Source: Pristiophorus japonicus (Eukaryota). Taken from it: a DNA stretch of 64,000 nt. A program made the translations under genes and the position numbers. This document shows positions 38,311 through 51,179 of this stretch, piece after piece. The stretch's first letter is position 1, and every line of letters starts with the position of its first letter. The notes under the pieces were generated by a model that saw only the letters and a program-made list of their open reading frames with translations, was not told the origin of the DNA and did no database searches. The DNA is taken from assembly GCF_044704955.1 (NCBI RefSeq), contig NC_091999.1, forward strand, positions 10,540,001-10,604,000, given 5' to 3'.

Positions 38311-39789
38311 TTTAATAGGCAATTTCATTTATTTCTGTTTGCTGCCAGAGATTGGCCACTAGATTTTTAGAATTATGGAAAAGCTTGAGAGGATGAATGA
38401 CCAACTGCTATATTCCTACTGATTTTTATGCTAGGATATATATATAAATGAATTCATATTGTCTATATATTCAAGCAAAGTTACATGTTATCCTTGAGGA
38501 TAACTGATCCTACTTCGCAATATCAATTATTAGCCAATATAAGGAATTGCTGTTTGACAACCGACTGAATGAACGAATACTTGAAGTGTTAAACTTAATG
38601 TTCTTCCCATTCTTATTCAAAGTCGTATCAACTCGCTGCAAGTACCAAATCTAACAGAAACAACTGTGACGGTGCTCGGCTCTTTTCAGAGCTGATATCA
38701 CGTGGTCACAGTGGTGAGTCAGGATTCACAGGCCGCACCAAATGCTGCTTGCGTGCTCTGCAGGACATGGCCTGCGACCCCTGACCTTGACTCAATGGGA
38801 GAAACAGTCAATCTTGGTGCTGTAACGTGAAAAAAGGCTGATGGCGTCATCCACTGCAGGGCACACTGGCGGGCAACATATTGTGATATACAGTCCGCCA
38901 TCTTTGTGTGAATTAACACGTTGTGAAATGCTTCCGTTCATTTACATAAATGGTTCGATTGAAACGAACGGTTACTTCAATTCACTGGAAAAAAACGTTG
39001 GTATCTTAATCGATAAAAGAGAGAAATATACAATTGTCGCTAGAACGGTTGGTGAGGTGACCATGTCGATCTTATCTCCCAGAGTACAGTGGGACCCGTG
39101 TAACACTTAGCAGCTTTTCTCTACTGATGTGAATTGTGGGAGATGCATCCCTCAATCGCCCGGACATCAACCAAGTGAATCCGGCAAAAGATACATTTTT
39201 GGAGTGAGAAATGCAATTCTTTCGACAGAAGTAGCTGCTCCTGTGGAATAACTGCATGAGATATTACAATAGGTAAACTGGATAGGAGTTTCGACCGAGG
39301 ATTTTAAAGGGTGTGAGGAGTGAGAAGAAATTGCATACTTGATGGGCTTAATCACTCCCTGAAACTTACTGAGCCCGGTTTCAGCGGGAACAGGACAGCG
39401 AAACCAGACGTATTTAGAGTCGAGGGCGGCCCCGGAGAGTGGGTGTCGTGGAAGAGAGATTCGGGCAGAGACAGAGTTTAACCATCATCGGCACCAATTC
39501 CCAAACTTCCTGCAACCACCTTTTAAGAGTCGTTAATGTAACTTCCGTTAATTAAAATGCTATTAAAATTCAATAGGCATCATGCCTGAACTCCAAGAGT
39601 TTTGAGGAAAAGGAGCGCTACATCAGCAAAAAAGAATGCCGGATGAAATTCGAGTCTGATTAGAAAGATCGGGAGATATTCCACTCGCCACGAGGCACCA
39701 AATGAATCCGATGAGGGGTTAAAGGACATGCAGCGAAACATCAGGGAAACAGGGACTGAAGGTCTGAAGAAAAATAGCGGAAAAACAGA

Positions 39790-40260
39790 CAGGATCTAGT
39801 GTAATACACACAGAGACAGGGTCTAGTGCATGAATAACTGAAAGTGGATCTAGTGTAACATAAACAGAGACAGGGTCTGGTATAATATAAACAGTGACAG
39901 GGTTTTGCTTCGTAGATAAAGAAAGAGGGTCTAGTTTAAGGTAAGCAGCGACAGGATCAAGTGCAGTAATAACTGAGATAAGACCTATTTCGATATAAAA
40001 AAAGATAGGGCCTCGTGTAATATAAACAGACACTTGGTACAGTGTGATTTAATCAGAGATACGGTCTAGTGTAGTATAAACTGCGGCAGGATCCAATCTA
40101 ATATAAAGAGAGACGTGTTGGAGTAAAGTAATAACTGAGACAGGATCAGTGTAATAATAGCAGAGAAATGGTCTCGCACAGTCGTAACTCAGACAGAGCT
40201 TTGGGTAATACAAACTGATACATATCCTAGTGCAGTAAAGGCTGATACAGGGCCGAGAGT
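39790..40260. repeat. ~30-bp minisatellite
   Basis: Paralog of 14960-15480. Confidence 0.8.
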
Positions 40261-41074
40261 AAGATCCACCCAACTGTCTGTTTATGACACACTGAAGTAT
40301 CATTTTGGATTGAGGAATTTTTACCCTCCCCCATTATACTTCGCAGTGACATTGAACCATGATATAGAGAGATATCGCGGGTTCATTGCCAGTCTCTTGT
40401 CCAACTCCATAACACCTGTTGTTTGTGAAAAGCCGCTTGCCCTAAATACAAAACTACGTGCGGTAAAAAGACCCAGAAATGTTTCCGGGAATCCCTAGCT
40501 GTCACCTGTAAAACCATTAAACTGACGGGTCTGTAAGTTTTGACCGAATATGTGGTTTTGTAGCACCATTCGGTTGCGCTAGGAGGTAAAGGGAATCTGC
40601 TCTGTGAAACATTGGTTCTCAATTTAGAAAGAACACTTCTGCGTTATTGTTCTGGATTATTATTATATCAGATTATTATTGTTATTAGTTTGCTATGATT
40701 ATGACTGTAACAGCTGCCATTTTATTGTCCTGGTGTTGCTGCTTTTGCTATTTATATTAATTTTGAGAGTACATTTCTCTTTTTGTTTACTTTGTTCAGG
40801 TCACTAACACCCATTCAATTGCATAAACTGGATGGACTACACGTTAATAATAACAGAATTCATAACTATGGAATGTTACTTTAGTAAAAATGAAAGTTAT
40901 TATGAATTTCAATCATAAATGTGGAGATCAAGCACAGGAGTTCCATGATCAAAGGCGATTAACGTTCCGCTCTTGACGATTAAGCTGAATATTGTATCAA
41001 AACACTATCAATATATATTCCTCATCACGTTTATCAACATTGCATATAAAACAATTCCACTCAGGAACAACATG

Positions 41075-41412
41075 TGTTAGATACAGAGTAATGCTCACTT
41101 TACACTGTCACATCAAAGTCTCGCATGACTGGTACAGCACGCGTTAGATACAGAGTAAAGTTCCACTTCACTGGCCATCAAATGCTCTCAGGACAGGAGA
41201 AGCACAGGTTATGTATACAAAGTGAAGCTCCCTCCACCCCGTCCCATCAAACACTCATTGTTGAGGTACAGCACGAGTTAGATGCAGAATAATGCTCCCT
41301 ATGCACTGCCCGAACAAACACTGCCATGACAGCTACAGCACGGGTTGGATGCACAGTAAACCTGCCTCTTTCATATCCAAATAAAGATTCCCAGGGCAAG
41401 CATAGCACGGGG
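41075..41412. repeat. ~63-bp tandem repeat (GTTAGATACAGAGTAAAGCTCCCT...ACAGCACG)
   Basis: About 5 degenerate units; the same repeat at 16278-16367 runs into the gap. Confidence 0.8.
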
Positions 41413-41625
41413 TAAGTTGAGCTTCTGCCTGGATCAGGGTCTAATTTGTGTGCAATTGTGAAAGCATAATTTGCATTTCCAAATAAGCAATGAGTCTTCT
41501 TTGTATTATGTTAAAATCAATGGCACGGATGACGTACTTTATTCATTTGTGATACCCGTTTGCTGATGTTACTTGTTTGGCAATCGATTCTGACATGCGT
41601 GGTCTCCTCACTCCCCACGATGATT

Positions 41626-41980
41626 GAGTTCTGTTACAGGCACATACTTCTTTGTTTTACCATGAATCACTACAGTGAATTATACCGCGGCATCTGACAA
41701 ACCAGCCGTGTTCACGGTGTGAGTGGTGGAGAATTTCTTAAGGTCTATCGACGCTTTACATCTGACCCAAATTTTTGGTTTCTGAAGGTGAAGCTGGGAT
41801 GCAAGGGAGAATGATTGGGTAACCGTCCATACCACTATACGGAGACATTTGTCGGGAATGTAGTTTTGTGATGAAGCAAAATGGTTTATCCCTCGGTTTC
41901 CCAATACACCAATATTTCAAATCTCACCGAGTGACAAGGAGCAGCTGCGAAAGCAAGAATAAGAAATAAACTGAAGATAT
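41626..41980 (-). pseudogene. V pseudogene (family F)
   Basis: Leader remnant (ATA)SSVYFLFLLSQLLLVT|GTGAG; *WYGRLPNHSP; RCKASIDLKKFSTTHTVNTAGLSDAAV*F; CATGGTA-23-ACAGAACTC. Confidence 0.68.
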
Positions 41981-42328
41981 CTGCAAGGAAAATGTAATAA
42001 GATGGTTGAATACGGGAAGACTGAAATAATCAATCTATCTACCTGTCTCGTTATCTCCAGCTAGCTATCGATCTGGTGAGCTATCTAGCAATCTTGCTAG
42101 CTATCTATCTCAATGTCCATCTATTTACTCTGTATTGTACAAGCAAGTATAGAAAACCTTATTTAATATGGTTCGAAGCGCATTGTTGGTAGTTATTGTT
42201 ATAGATGTCGTAGCTTTACAGATGAAAGTTTGAATGTGTGAAAGTACAATGCCTAAATAACACCGGTATTTCAAGAGTACTTGATTCGGGAAAAAGTAAA
42301 TGGTGCAGCGGAAAGACGACAACAAATA

Positions 42329-42698
42329 AGATATTAAGCAGCTGGAGCCGCTCTTTGCCTCACTGTGTCCCCGCAGCACTGTGAGACACTCCGGAATCCC
42401 TTGCCATGGTGCCATCTATCGAGATGGTGCTGGATTTCTTTGCTTGGTGAAATGACAGTTTGTTGCGCCCTAATTTCTAGTATATGGAGCCGATAAATGT
42501 TGGCGGCCTTGTCCGTGCTTGTCTGTACCAGGCTGCATTATCCCAGCACCAAAGGAGAGCCGGCAGTCTAGTTCACCCCATTCCCCTTCCCGAGACACCA
42601 CATGCTGCGGATGTGAGTTCAGATCCTCGCAACGAATGGCTGTCAGCAAAACAAAGCCACTCACCAATCGCAAGGTAATAAGAAATTGGTAAAAACAT
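42329..42698 (-). pseudogene. V pseudogene (family E)
   Basis: Leader 42698-42665, 25-nt collapsed intron, EGEWGELDC...AWYRQARTRPPTFI...SSTISI...DSGVSHSAAG, heptamer CACAGTG at 42367-42361. Confidence 0.8.
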
Positions 42699-42971
42699 GG
42701 CGTCTGATCGGATAAATCAACTCACACAACATCAAAAGCACCATTGCACCAACTCGAAATAGTTTCCTGCAGAGGTTCCTGTTCATGACGATTAAGATAG
42801 ACAAAAGAGGATCAATTAAGGTCTGATTTCCACACTCCACCATGATGCCTAGTCACAGAATTTCAATTTTGATGACGGGGATGTGAGGGGAGGGCTTTAC
42901 ATTCTCCCCTTACATTGCGACACTGATGGGAGACAGTCGCACCATTCGGCAGATTATGGGAAGTTCCCACC

Positions 42972-42979
42972 TGACGTCA
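42972..42979. promoter_or_regulatory. CRE palindrome upstream of a V leader
   Basis: TGACGTCA about 275 bp upstream of the ATG at 42698; CRE-like decamers are typical of TCR V promoters. Confidence 0.4.
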
Positions 42980-43885
42980 TTCACAGTCCCACTCGTGGAT
43001 TGGCTGTCGCAAAAAACAAGTAACTCTTGAATGCCTTTGATAGCTGTGTGTAACGACAGATTAAATTTTGGAGGAAGATTTGATCTTTGTCACATTTCTA
43101 TCTCAAATACTCATCGCTGTCATGGAATCATAGAATTTTCAACTTGTTCCAAATTTTCTGAATCTGAACTGCTAAATATTTCTTCTCCTTTACTCCTTTA
43201 AATGAATATTTACATCGTTACCTTAACGTCTATATGGTCTCTATGGTCTCGATGCTTTTATTGTCTTAGTCAAACAGAAACAGCAATTTTTGTTCTGCTT
43301 TAAGTCCTGTATCAACTTAAAAATTCCCGATGGACAGGTGCGCCATCTGGTGATGGTTTTGTGTAAATGTATATTTGTCGAATTTGCCAAACGAAGTATT
43401 CACTCAAAGAATTACTTGGATTTTTTACCTATTTATTTTACTGAGAAGAGAATGATTACTGCAGGGAGAAATTAAACATCCGCAGATCTAAATATTGTAG
43501 TAACTTCCATTTTCATTGATTTCATTTGGCTTCACACTAAATAATAAAACTGAAAATGCCATATAATGTTACACATAGTTATTTTTAATTCATTCGCTGT
43601 ATGCCTGCGTCGCTGGCAAGGCCAGCATTTATGGGCCTTCCCTGGTGGCTTCCTAAATGATTATTTAATAATATGACACCGCCATATTTGATGTATCCCA
43701 GTGAAATCATGGTTATTCAGTAAATCGCTTAAAGTAGCGACACCATTAACCCTTTTTTTTTACCTTGTACATCTTTGTCAAGTGACAGTAAATGAAAATA
43801 ATGCAATTCTGAATGTTTGTCTTCTAAAGGGAGAGCCAAGATGGTCAGAATAAATATCCTGATCTCGATGATTCAGAGGAAAGAA

Positions 43886-44212
43886 AGTTATTGTACAGGA
43901 TGTAATCACTGTTTGTCTCAGTGTGCATCTCCGCACAGTATTACAGCCCGGAGTCTGAAGCTGCGGCTTTCCTCACATCAAATATATTTGAACCCCTCTT
44001 TCTGTCGACAAACAAATGGAACCGTCGACTCTCGTCGGTTTTATTAACCTGATTGGCAGAGTTTGTAAATTCCGGTTCCCGGCATGGTAATTACCAGTAC
44101 CATAAACCCCTATCGCTACTTCTGATGGGCACATCGCACTGAATTTGAACTGAGTGTCCCTCCGCCGCCGTCACCTGCTCGCATTTGGATATTCCATTCT
44201 CACCATGGAACC
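43886..44212 (-). pseudogene. V pseudogene (family G) with RSS
   Basis: QVTAAEGHSVQIQC...LWYW*LPCREPEF...RRFHLFVDRKRGS...DSGL*YCAEM; CACACTG-24-ACAATAACT. Confidence 0.85.
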
Positions 44213-45629
44213 CTGCTAATAAAAGACACACACTCAACACGTTCAACAGGTTTATTTTCCTATCGAGTCATCTTAAGTCAGAATAGTAACATGAAAATAA
44301 GATTCGGAATGTCCCAATTCGATGCATTGTATTGCAAGGTTTTGGTTCTGTAAATTCCTGTGATATCGATTGTTTGAAAATCCGCATGTATGGTTGGTCA
44401 GTTCGATAACAGATGTTATAATTTGCCAGCGACTGGGAGAGGCATCTGAACTTTATAGCGTTATTCTTCAGCATTCAATAATCAGTTCGCTGATGTGTTC
44501 TTCACCGACACGCCCGATATTTGTTCTGGTGTCACTTTGTAAACGTCAGAAACGATTGGTGTCTGTTCACTCTGGTGGTTCCTGGCAATAGGTCCGAAGC
44601 AATCCTATCATGCTCTGGTATTCCGTGTTCAAAGCCGGCGCTGACAAAAGGGATTAAAGTGTCTCCATTTCTCGTGCGTGATTGGGGTGATTGGTGTGTC
44701 AGACAGATTCGCTGAACTGGCACCGGGGGATCAGGAATACATGGGGAGAAATTAACATTAGCGGTCCCGATGAATGGACTGACCCACCTGAGCCAGGAAA
44801 AATAGAGACGATTATGCCATATGTAACTTAATCTAGAAAAGGGTAAAATATTGTACATGAGGAGGAAGAACAGTGAGAGTTTTCGACTTTTTCAGAATGA
44901 CAGAGAAACTGCCGTTAACTTCGTTCTTTCCAAAGGAATGTATTATAATTACGAGAGTGGGGCACTGTACTGGCCCTGACGGTACCGCTTCAGTTAGTAC
45001 CTCGCTTGGGCAGTGGAATAATTACAAGTAATGCTAAGTTAGGGTCCTTCCAGATATGGGGCTTCTGTTGGCCACTGATCGACGGAGTCTCCAGAAATTA
45101 TTCCTGCAGAAAACAATCCTGGTTAGCCATGGAAACAGCGCAAAGCACAGACCACAGGTTTGTCTTTCTTTGAGAATATATCTGTCAATATCTTTGAGTA
45201 TATACAGGGAGACAAAGAGACAGAACGAGCAAGCATCAGATTAATTGCGAGATATTGATAGTTAGGCAGGTTAATATACGGAGAAATAGAAAGAAATACG
45301 GACAGTCAGACACACACATAGAGATAGATTGAGCGAGACAGGCTGGCGGGCAGACAAGTTGACAGACATGTTGCTAGGCAATAAGATGGATAGATGGATA
45401 GACGTAGAGATCGAAGAAAATAAAACAATTGTGTCACTACTGGAATGGACAGACAGATACAGATATAAAAATAAATAAACTATTCCAATAATAACGGTAA
45501 AATTCGGTATCATTGTTAGTTCATCAGTGAACTGAACCGTGAGTGAAAGCTCACTGGAGTAATGATTAGCAACAGACTCCAGTAAAACCAACAGAGTCAT
45601 AGAGAATTAAATGACCCCGCAATAAATCT

Positions 45630-46045
45630 GCGCACTCTGGAGTTTAGAAGAATGAGAGGTGACCTCATTGAAACTTAAAAGATTCTGAATGGGATTAACA
45701 GGGTAGGCGCTGCGAGTTTTTCTCCCTTGGCTGTGGAGTCCAGAAATGGAGTCATCATCTCAGGACAAGGGGTCTGCCATTTAATACCGATATGAGGAGG
45801 AATTTCTTCTCTCGAAGGGTAGGGGATTTTGGCAATTCTCTACAACAAAAGCCTGTGGAATCTGAATCGTTGAATATATTCAATGTTGTGATATATCGAG
45901 TTTTGGACTTGAGGTGAATGAAGGGATGCGGGGATCAGGTGGGAAATTGCAGTTGAGGTCGAAGATCAGCCATGATCTGATTGAATGGTGGAGAGGGCTC
46001 AAATAGCCGCATCGCCTAAGCCCACTCTTAATTCTTAGCTTCTTT
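45630..46045 (+). mobile_element. CR1 3' fragment
   Basis: SLEFRRMRGDLIE motif and 3' UTR. Confidence 0.8.
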
Positions 46046-46729
46046 TATAAACTAAAGGCTTTAATAATCCTGTGCTACCCGATTACAGAACCTAGATATG
46101 GGTTTCATTCCCGCCCCGGACTCCAAATGTGGAACCATTCTCCTATAAGGACGTAGACTACAGCCCAGCTTGGATTTTCAAAAATAGCTGCTACACAACC
46201 TAGATGCCGAGTCGCCGCATTGCTACTGTCTGCTACTGTAAATAAAGGATGGATTTCTGTTGTTACTGCTATGGCCACATTTCCGGAGCTTCAATACATT
46301 CTGTAAGACTGCGCTGAATGGGTTGCCTCCTCTGTGGAGTGCAGATCCAGAGGCTCCATTATTTCTGTAAGGCTTAATCAGAGCGTCCTAAATGTGTAAA
46401 CTCATCTTTGGGTTACCGACCGGATGTGAACCGCGGATGAACAATGTCCATTTCCAGCTAATTCAAGAGCAGCAAACCCACATAACTGAAACTTTTGCTG
46501 TGCGGCGATGTCTTTAATCAGCCGCCTGTTCAATGCATTCACTCGTTTCAAGGTCTTCTAATTCGATCTGTGTGCCACTTTCTTCTTGACTTTGTAATCA
46601 CCAGGATGTATTATTCGGTAAAAAATAAATCTATTCCTTGTTATTCTGGTGCTGCTAACATGTAGGTACAGGAGCTGAGCTCAATAACCCGCAAGTTTTT
46701 TTTGATTAATGTTGCCGCAGCACAGAACC

Positions 46730-48310
46730 TTGCGGCACCCCACTAGTCACTGCCTGCCATTCTGAAAAGTACCCGTTTACTCCTACTCTTTGCTTCCTGT
46801 CTGACAACCAGTTCTCAATCCACGTCAGCACACTACCCCCAATCCCATGTGCTTTAACTTTGCACATTAATCTCTTGTGTGGGACTTTGTACTAGTCCCA
46901 CCTTCCCCAGAACCCGTTCCAACGTCCCAGGTATGTTAATCCCTCCCTTCTGCACCACTCCTCAAGGCACGTATTCATGTGACCTTTCCTGCGATTCCTA
47001 CTCTGACGAGCACGTGGCACTGGTAGCAATCCTGAGATTACCAAGTTTGAAGTCCTGCTTTTAAATTTAGTTCCTAGCTCACTAAATTTGTCTCGGAGGA
47101 TATCATCCCGTTTTTTACCTGTATCGTTGATACGTATATGCACCACGACAACTGGCTGTTCACCCTCCCTTTTAAGAATGTCTTGCACCAGCTCCAATAC
47201 ATCCTTGATCCTTGCACCAGGGAGACAGCTGACCATCCTGCAGTCTCGGTTGCAGCCGCAGAAACGCCTATCTATTCTCCTTACAATTGAATCATCTATC
47301 ATCTAGCACTCCCACTTTTTTGCTGCCCATGAATTTGGCTGCTGCTGCCTTCCCCTTTTAGTCATCCCCCTTAACAGTACCCAAAGCGGTGTGTCTGTTT
47401 TGCAGGGGGATGACCGCAGGGGACCTCTGCACTACCTTCCTGGCACTGTTCTTCCTGTTGATCACCCGTTCCCTATCTGGATGTGTACCCTTTGCCTGCG
47501 GTGTGACGAACTCACTGAACATGCTATTCACGTCATTCTCAGCATCGTGGATGCTCCAGAGTTCATCCACCCGCAGCTCCAGTGCCGCGATGCGGTCTGT
47601 CAGCATCTGCAGGCAGATTATTTTCCCGCATATGTAGTCGTCAGGGACACCGGAAGCGTCCCTGATTTCCCACATAGTACAGTAGGAGCATGACACGTGT
47701 CCGAGCTCTCTTGCCATGACTTAACCCTTAGATTAACCTAATTGGCCATCAGCAATGTTAGAAGGTTACTCACTGATAAAGAAAGAAAAAGATAAACTGC
47801 TCAGCAATCACCAGCCAATCACTTACCCCCGTGGCTGTAATGTCACCTTTCTATTTCTTTCTACTTCTTTTTGCATTCTCACCCTGCTGCAGCTGCACAA
47901 TCACGCCTTTATAGGCCTCACTCACGCAGCTCCCGCCTCTCGCCGAATGCCGCCACCTCTCCGACCTCCCGCTGAACCTTGATAGGCCTCACTCTGGCAG
48001 CTCCTGTCTTTCGCCGACTTCGGCCACCTATCCAACCTCCTGCTGGGACTTTATATGCCTCACTCACGCAGCTCCCGCCTCTAGCTGACTGCCGTCGCCT
48101 CTCCGACCTCCTGCTAGGCCTTTACAGGCCTCACTCACGCAGCTCCCGCCTCTCGCTGACTGCCGCCACCTATTCGACCTCCTGCTGGGCATTTATAAGC
48201 CTCACTCACGCAGCTCCCGCCTCTCGCCAAATTCCGCTGCATATCCGACATCCCTCTGGGCCTTTATAGGCCTAACTCACGCAGCTCCCGCCTCTCGCCG
48301 ATTGCTACCC
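46730..48310 (-). mobile_element. CR1 5' part (tandem-repeat 5' UTR, zinc-finger/esterase ORF1) fused to an RT fragment
   Basis: ORF1 CSYC..CGKIIC and IDDSIVR; ~63-bp UTR repeats at 47900-48310; RT piece at 46730-46890. Confidence 0.85.
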
Positions 48311-49019
48311 TCGTTGTAAACTATTCCAGAATTGGATTCAGTAGGTCTCAACAATGTGCCAAAACTTTTAACAACCAGTCAGGCAATTCGAAGATCATAT
48401 GACAAGCTGCGCCCTCTCATCCCTGAGTCACAGATTGTGTACTTTTCATATCTTGCTTCACTTTCTGGACACAATCACACCAGCAGCATTCCCTCGCTGT
48501 GATCTACTTGCTGCTTTCGTTAACTGATGTGTTTTCATCCATTATCAGATAAGAAACATATATTTCACCATGACCTGGCCTGAAAATCATCCACTGTTTT
48601 CAGATGCAGCGGGAACTCAATTCTCTAAACTGGTGCAATCTGTAAGTTAGGGCAAGTAATGGGAAACACTTAATGTTATACAAGTATCAGTAGAGGCTCC
48701 CCATACAGGAGCTGCTCCCTGACGATTACATCTACCCACTGCTGATGTAAAGGCTATAATAGAAAGTCAGCGGTTCCTGGGGCATTTGAACACAAAGACA
48801 CGGTGAATTATACAAATGCCACCTGTGATATGAATGAAATTTGGAATGACTGACAAGTTTCAGCAGAATGGGAGGAGCCAAGCAGCGGGTGGATAAGTGA
48901 TATTAAGGTGAGCAGATCATTAAAATACTTACAACATGTCATTAATAATACTTGAACAATTTTAATATTTAATATTATATAAAGGAACTGAACGATGTTG
49001 TCCGTCTGCATCTCGCGCT

Positions 49020-49434
49020 CACACTGAAACCAAGAGTGAATACATCTGCCCACTGCCCTCTCGCGGTGACTTTCTGCAACTACAAGTTACAACTTCAGCC
49101 GTATTGTCGTTCACAAGATCTGATAACAAGAGAGGCCATTCGGGTGGTATTGTCTGATATGTCCAGAGAGATCCTAACTCCCACCTCTCATTGTAGCCGC
49201 AATATTTGCCGTTAACTATGCAGGTATATTTCCCTTGCCACTCTCTATTGCACACATTAATCACTCTGTGTGTGCGTGAAGAACTTCATGATACCGGTCC
49301 TAAAATTAATTTTTGCACGTTGAATCCGTTTCCCCAGGTTCAATTTCCACGGTTCAGTTTCGGTTTAATGCAGATACTCCTCTTGGGGTCATTGCAGTCA
49401 GGCACTGGGATACAGTGCTGTTTAAATCAGCTCC
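49020..49434 (-). pseudogene. Decayed Ig V-set exon without RSS
   Basis: AG|GADLNSTVSQ...RISLDISDNTTRMASLVIR...PREGSGQMYSLLVS read across frameshifts. Confidence 0.45.
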
Positions 49435-49574
49435 TGTGACCGACTCGTTCATCGTTCAGCTTCAGAAGAAGGAGTCATTGCAAAAGAAAGTGAGCACCAG
49501 GCGCCTAGTTTTTTCTTCTCCCGTCCACTTTATCAGCACCGCCCACAGTTTCCATTTGCTTCTCTCACCCTGAC

Positions 49575-50110
49575 ACGCTATGCCTGCACCCAGCATCAAA
49601 GCACTGACCACGCTCGATCAGCTCCGTTGGGCAGGCCACATCGTCTGCATGCCTGACACAAGGCTCCGAAACAAGCGCTCTACTCAGACCTCCGACACAG
49701 CAAGTGAGCCCCAGGTGGGCAGCGGAAACGATTCAAGGGCACCCTGAGAGCCTCCATGAAAAATTGCAACATCCCCATTGACACCTGTGAATCCCTTTCC
49801 CAGGGCCGCCCATCGGGTGGAAAAGCATCTGGGAAGGGGCTGATCACGAATACAAAAGAAAATTACTATGGATGCTGGAATCTGAACAACTCGAGTCTCT
49901 TCGGCGAAAGCGAGATGCAGTGCAGTGTCCACAGTGGAAGGAGCACGTGGCAACCCAGGCACACCGAACTCTCGTTCCTGCAACTATCGTCTGCCACACC
50001 TGTGACAGAGACTGTAGCTCCTGCATTGGTTTCTTCAGTCACCTGAGAACTCATTTTTAGCGCGGAAGCAAGTCATCCTTGGCTCGGAGGGATTGCCTAC
50101 GAAAAGAAAA
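49575..50110 (+). mobile_element. RTE-clade LINE 3' fragment
   Basis: QLRWAGHIVCMPDTR...GGQRKRFK C-terminal RTE motif; absent from the other two cassette copies. Confidence 0.8.
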
Positions 50111-50226
50111 AGTTTGGAGGGATTGCTGCCACCGTTCGTTATTTGACAGTGCAGACCAGTGGACATCTGTATTTCTGCTCCGACGGAGGATTCTCGCACT
50201 TCAGAGTTAAAGACTGAGTGAATATC

Positions 50227-50272
50227 ATGTGGAATCACCTGATACCAGTCCTCATCATTATATCACCTCCCA
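50227..50272 (+). pseudogene. Orphan family-A leader exon
   Basis: ATG TGG AAT CAC...CCC A|GTAAAT, 46 nt. Confidence 0.75.
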
Positions 50273-50636
50273 GTAAATAGTAACTTCCGGAAAAAAATCC
50301 ATTCTCCCCCACACTGCTGTAACCCAGGTGTTATTATTGTTCAATTGATGGTGTTAATGATAGTCGATCAAATACATTTCCTCTTTTCACTAATTTGCAA
50401 CAATCTTAAGGTCTGAATTGCAAACAGTCGACATTCTGTCCGTTCCCTGTTTGAACATCTATTTTCAGACCAGAATCATGGAGAATCTGTCACCCAGACG
50501 CTGTCTTCAAGAGTGAAGACAGAAGCAGAAGGGGAGACTTGTTGTTGGTTTTGTTTTCTCTCCCTTTTAAGAATCTCCCTGTGAATCTGACTGTGGAGAA
50601 TTATTGCTTCTGATTATCGGTGTGAGAGCACCCTCT

Positions 50637-51179
50637 GGTTTTTGTATGCAGTCCGCGATAACTCTTTAGCAGTGTGGGGCTCATAGCACAGAAATACATG
50701 TCGGTGTCAGAGGTCAGGGCTTTGCCGATCGTTATCTCGGTAATCTTGGCAATTTTATTAAAAGTAGAAGAGAATCGATCAGTGAAGGCGGGATTTAGGT
50801 CGACATTCACTCCGATAAAATGAAGCCGCTACTGTGGAGGCGTCCCGGGGTGCTGAATGTACCAGAACACAGAAGGGGCAGTATCGCTGGTTTTCAAGGT
50901 GCAGGTCAGTGATACATTACTTTCCTCCTCAACCATCATTTCAGGGACCGGCTGTTCCATGTTGTCTTGTTGGCTCCATTCTATCAGAAAATAATAAAAA
51001 GAATCATCATGAGCATCATCACCATCGATTAACTCAACATAATCATAATCATCAATATTATTTTACCAATAATAACACCTGAGTTACAGCAGCTAGTGCG
51101 AAAAATAATGTTTAATAGGCAGGAAATACTTACTTAGAAGTGATATAACAATGAACAGCGGTGCAAGACGGTTCTGCAT
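50637..51179 (-). pseudogene. Family A V pseudogene (single TAG stop), intact RSS
   Basis: Leader 51179-51134, exon 2 from 50980, stop at 50831-50829, DTDMYFCAMS, RSS CACACTG-24-ACAAAAACC. Confidence 0.92.
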
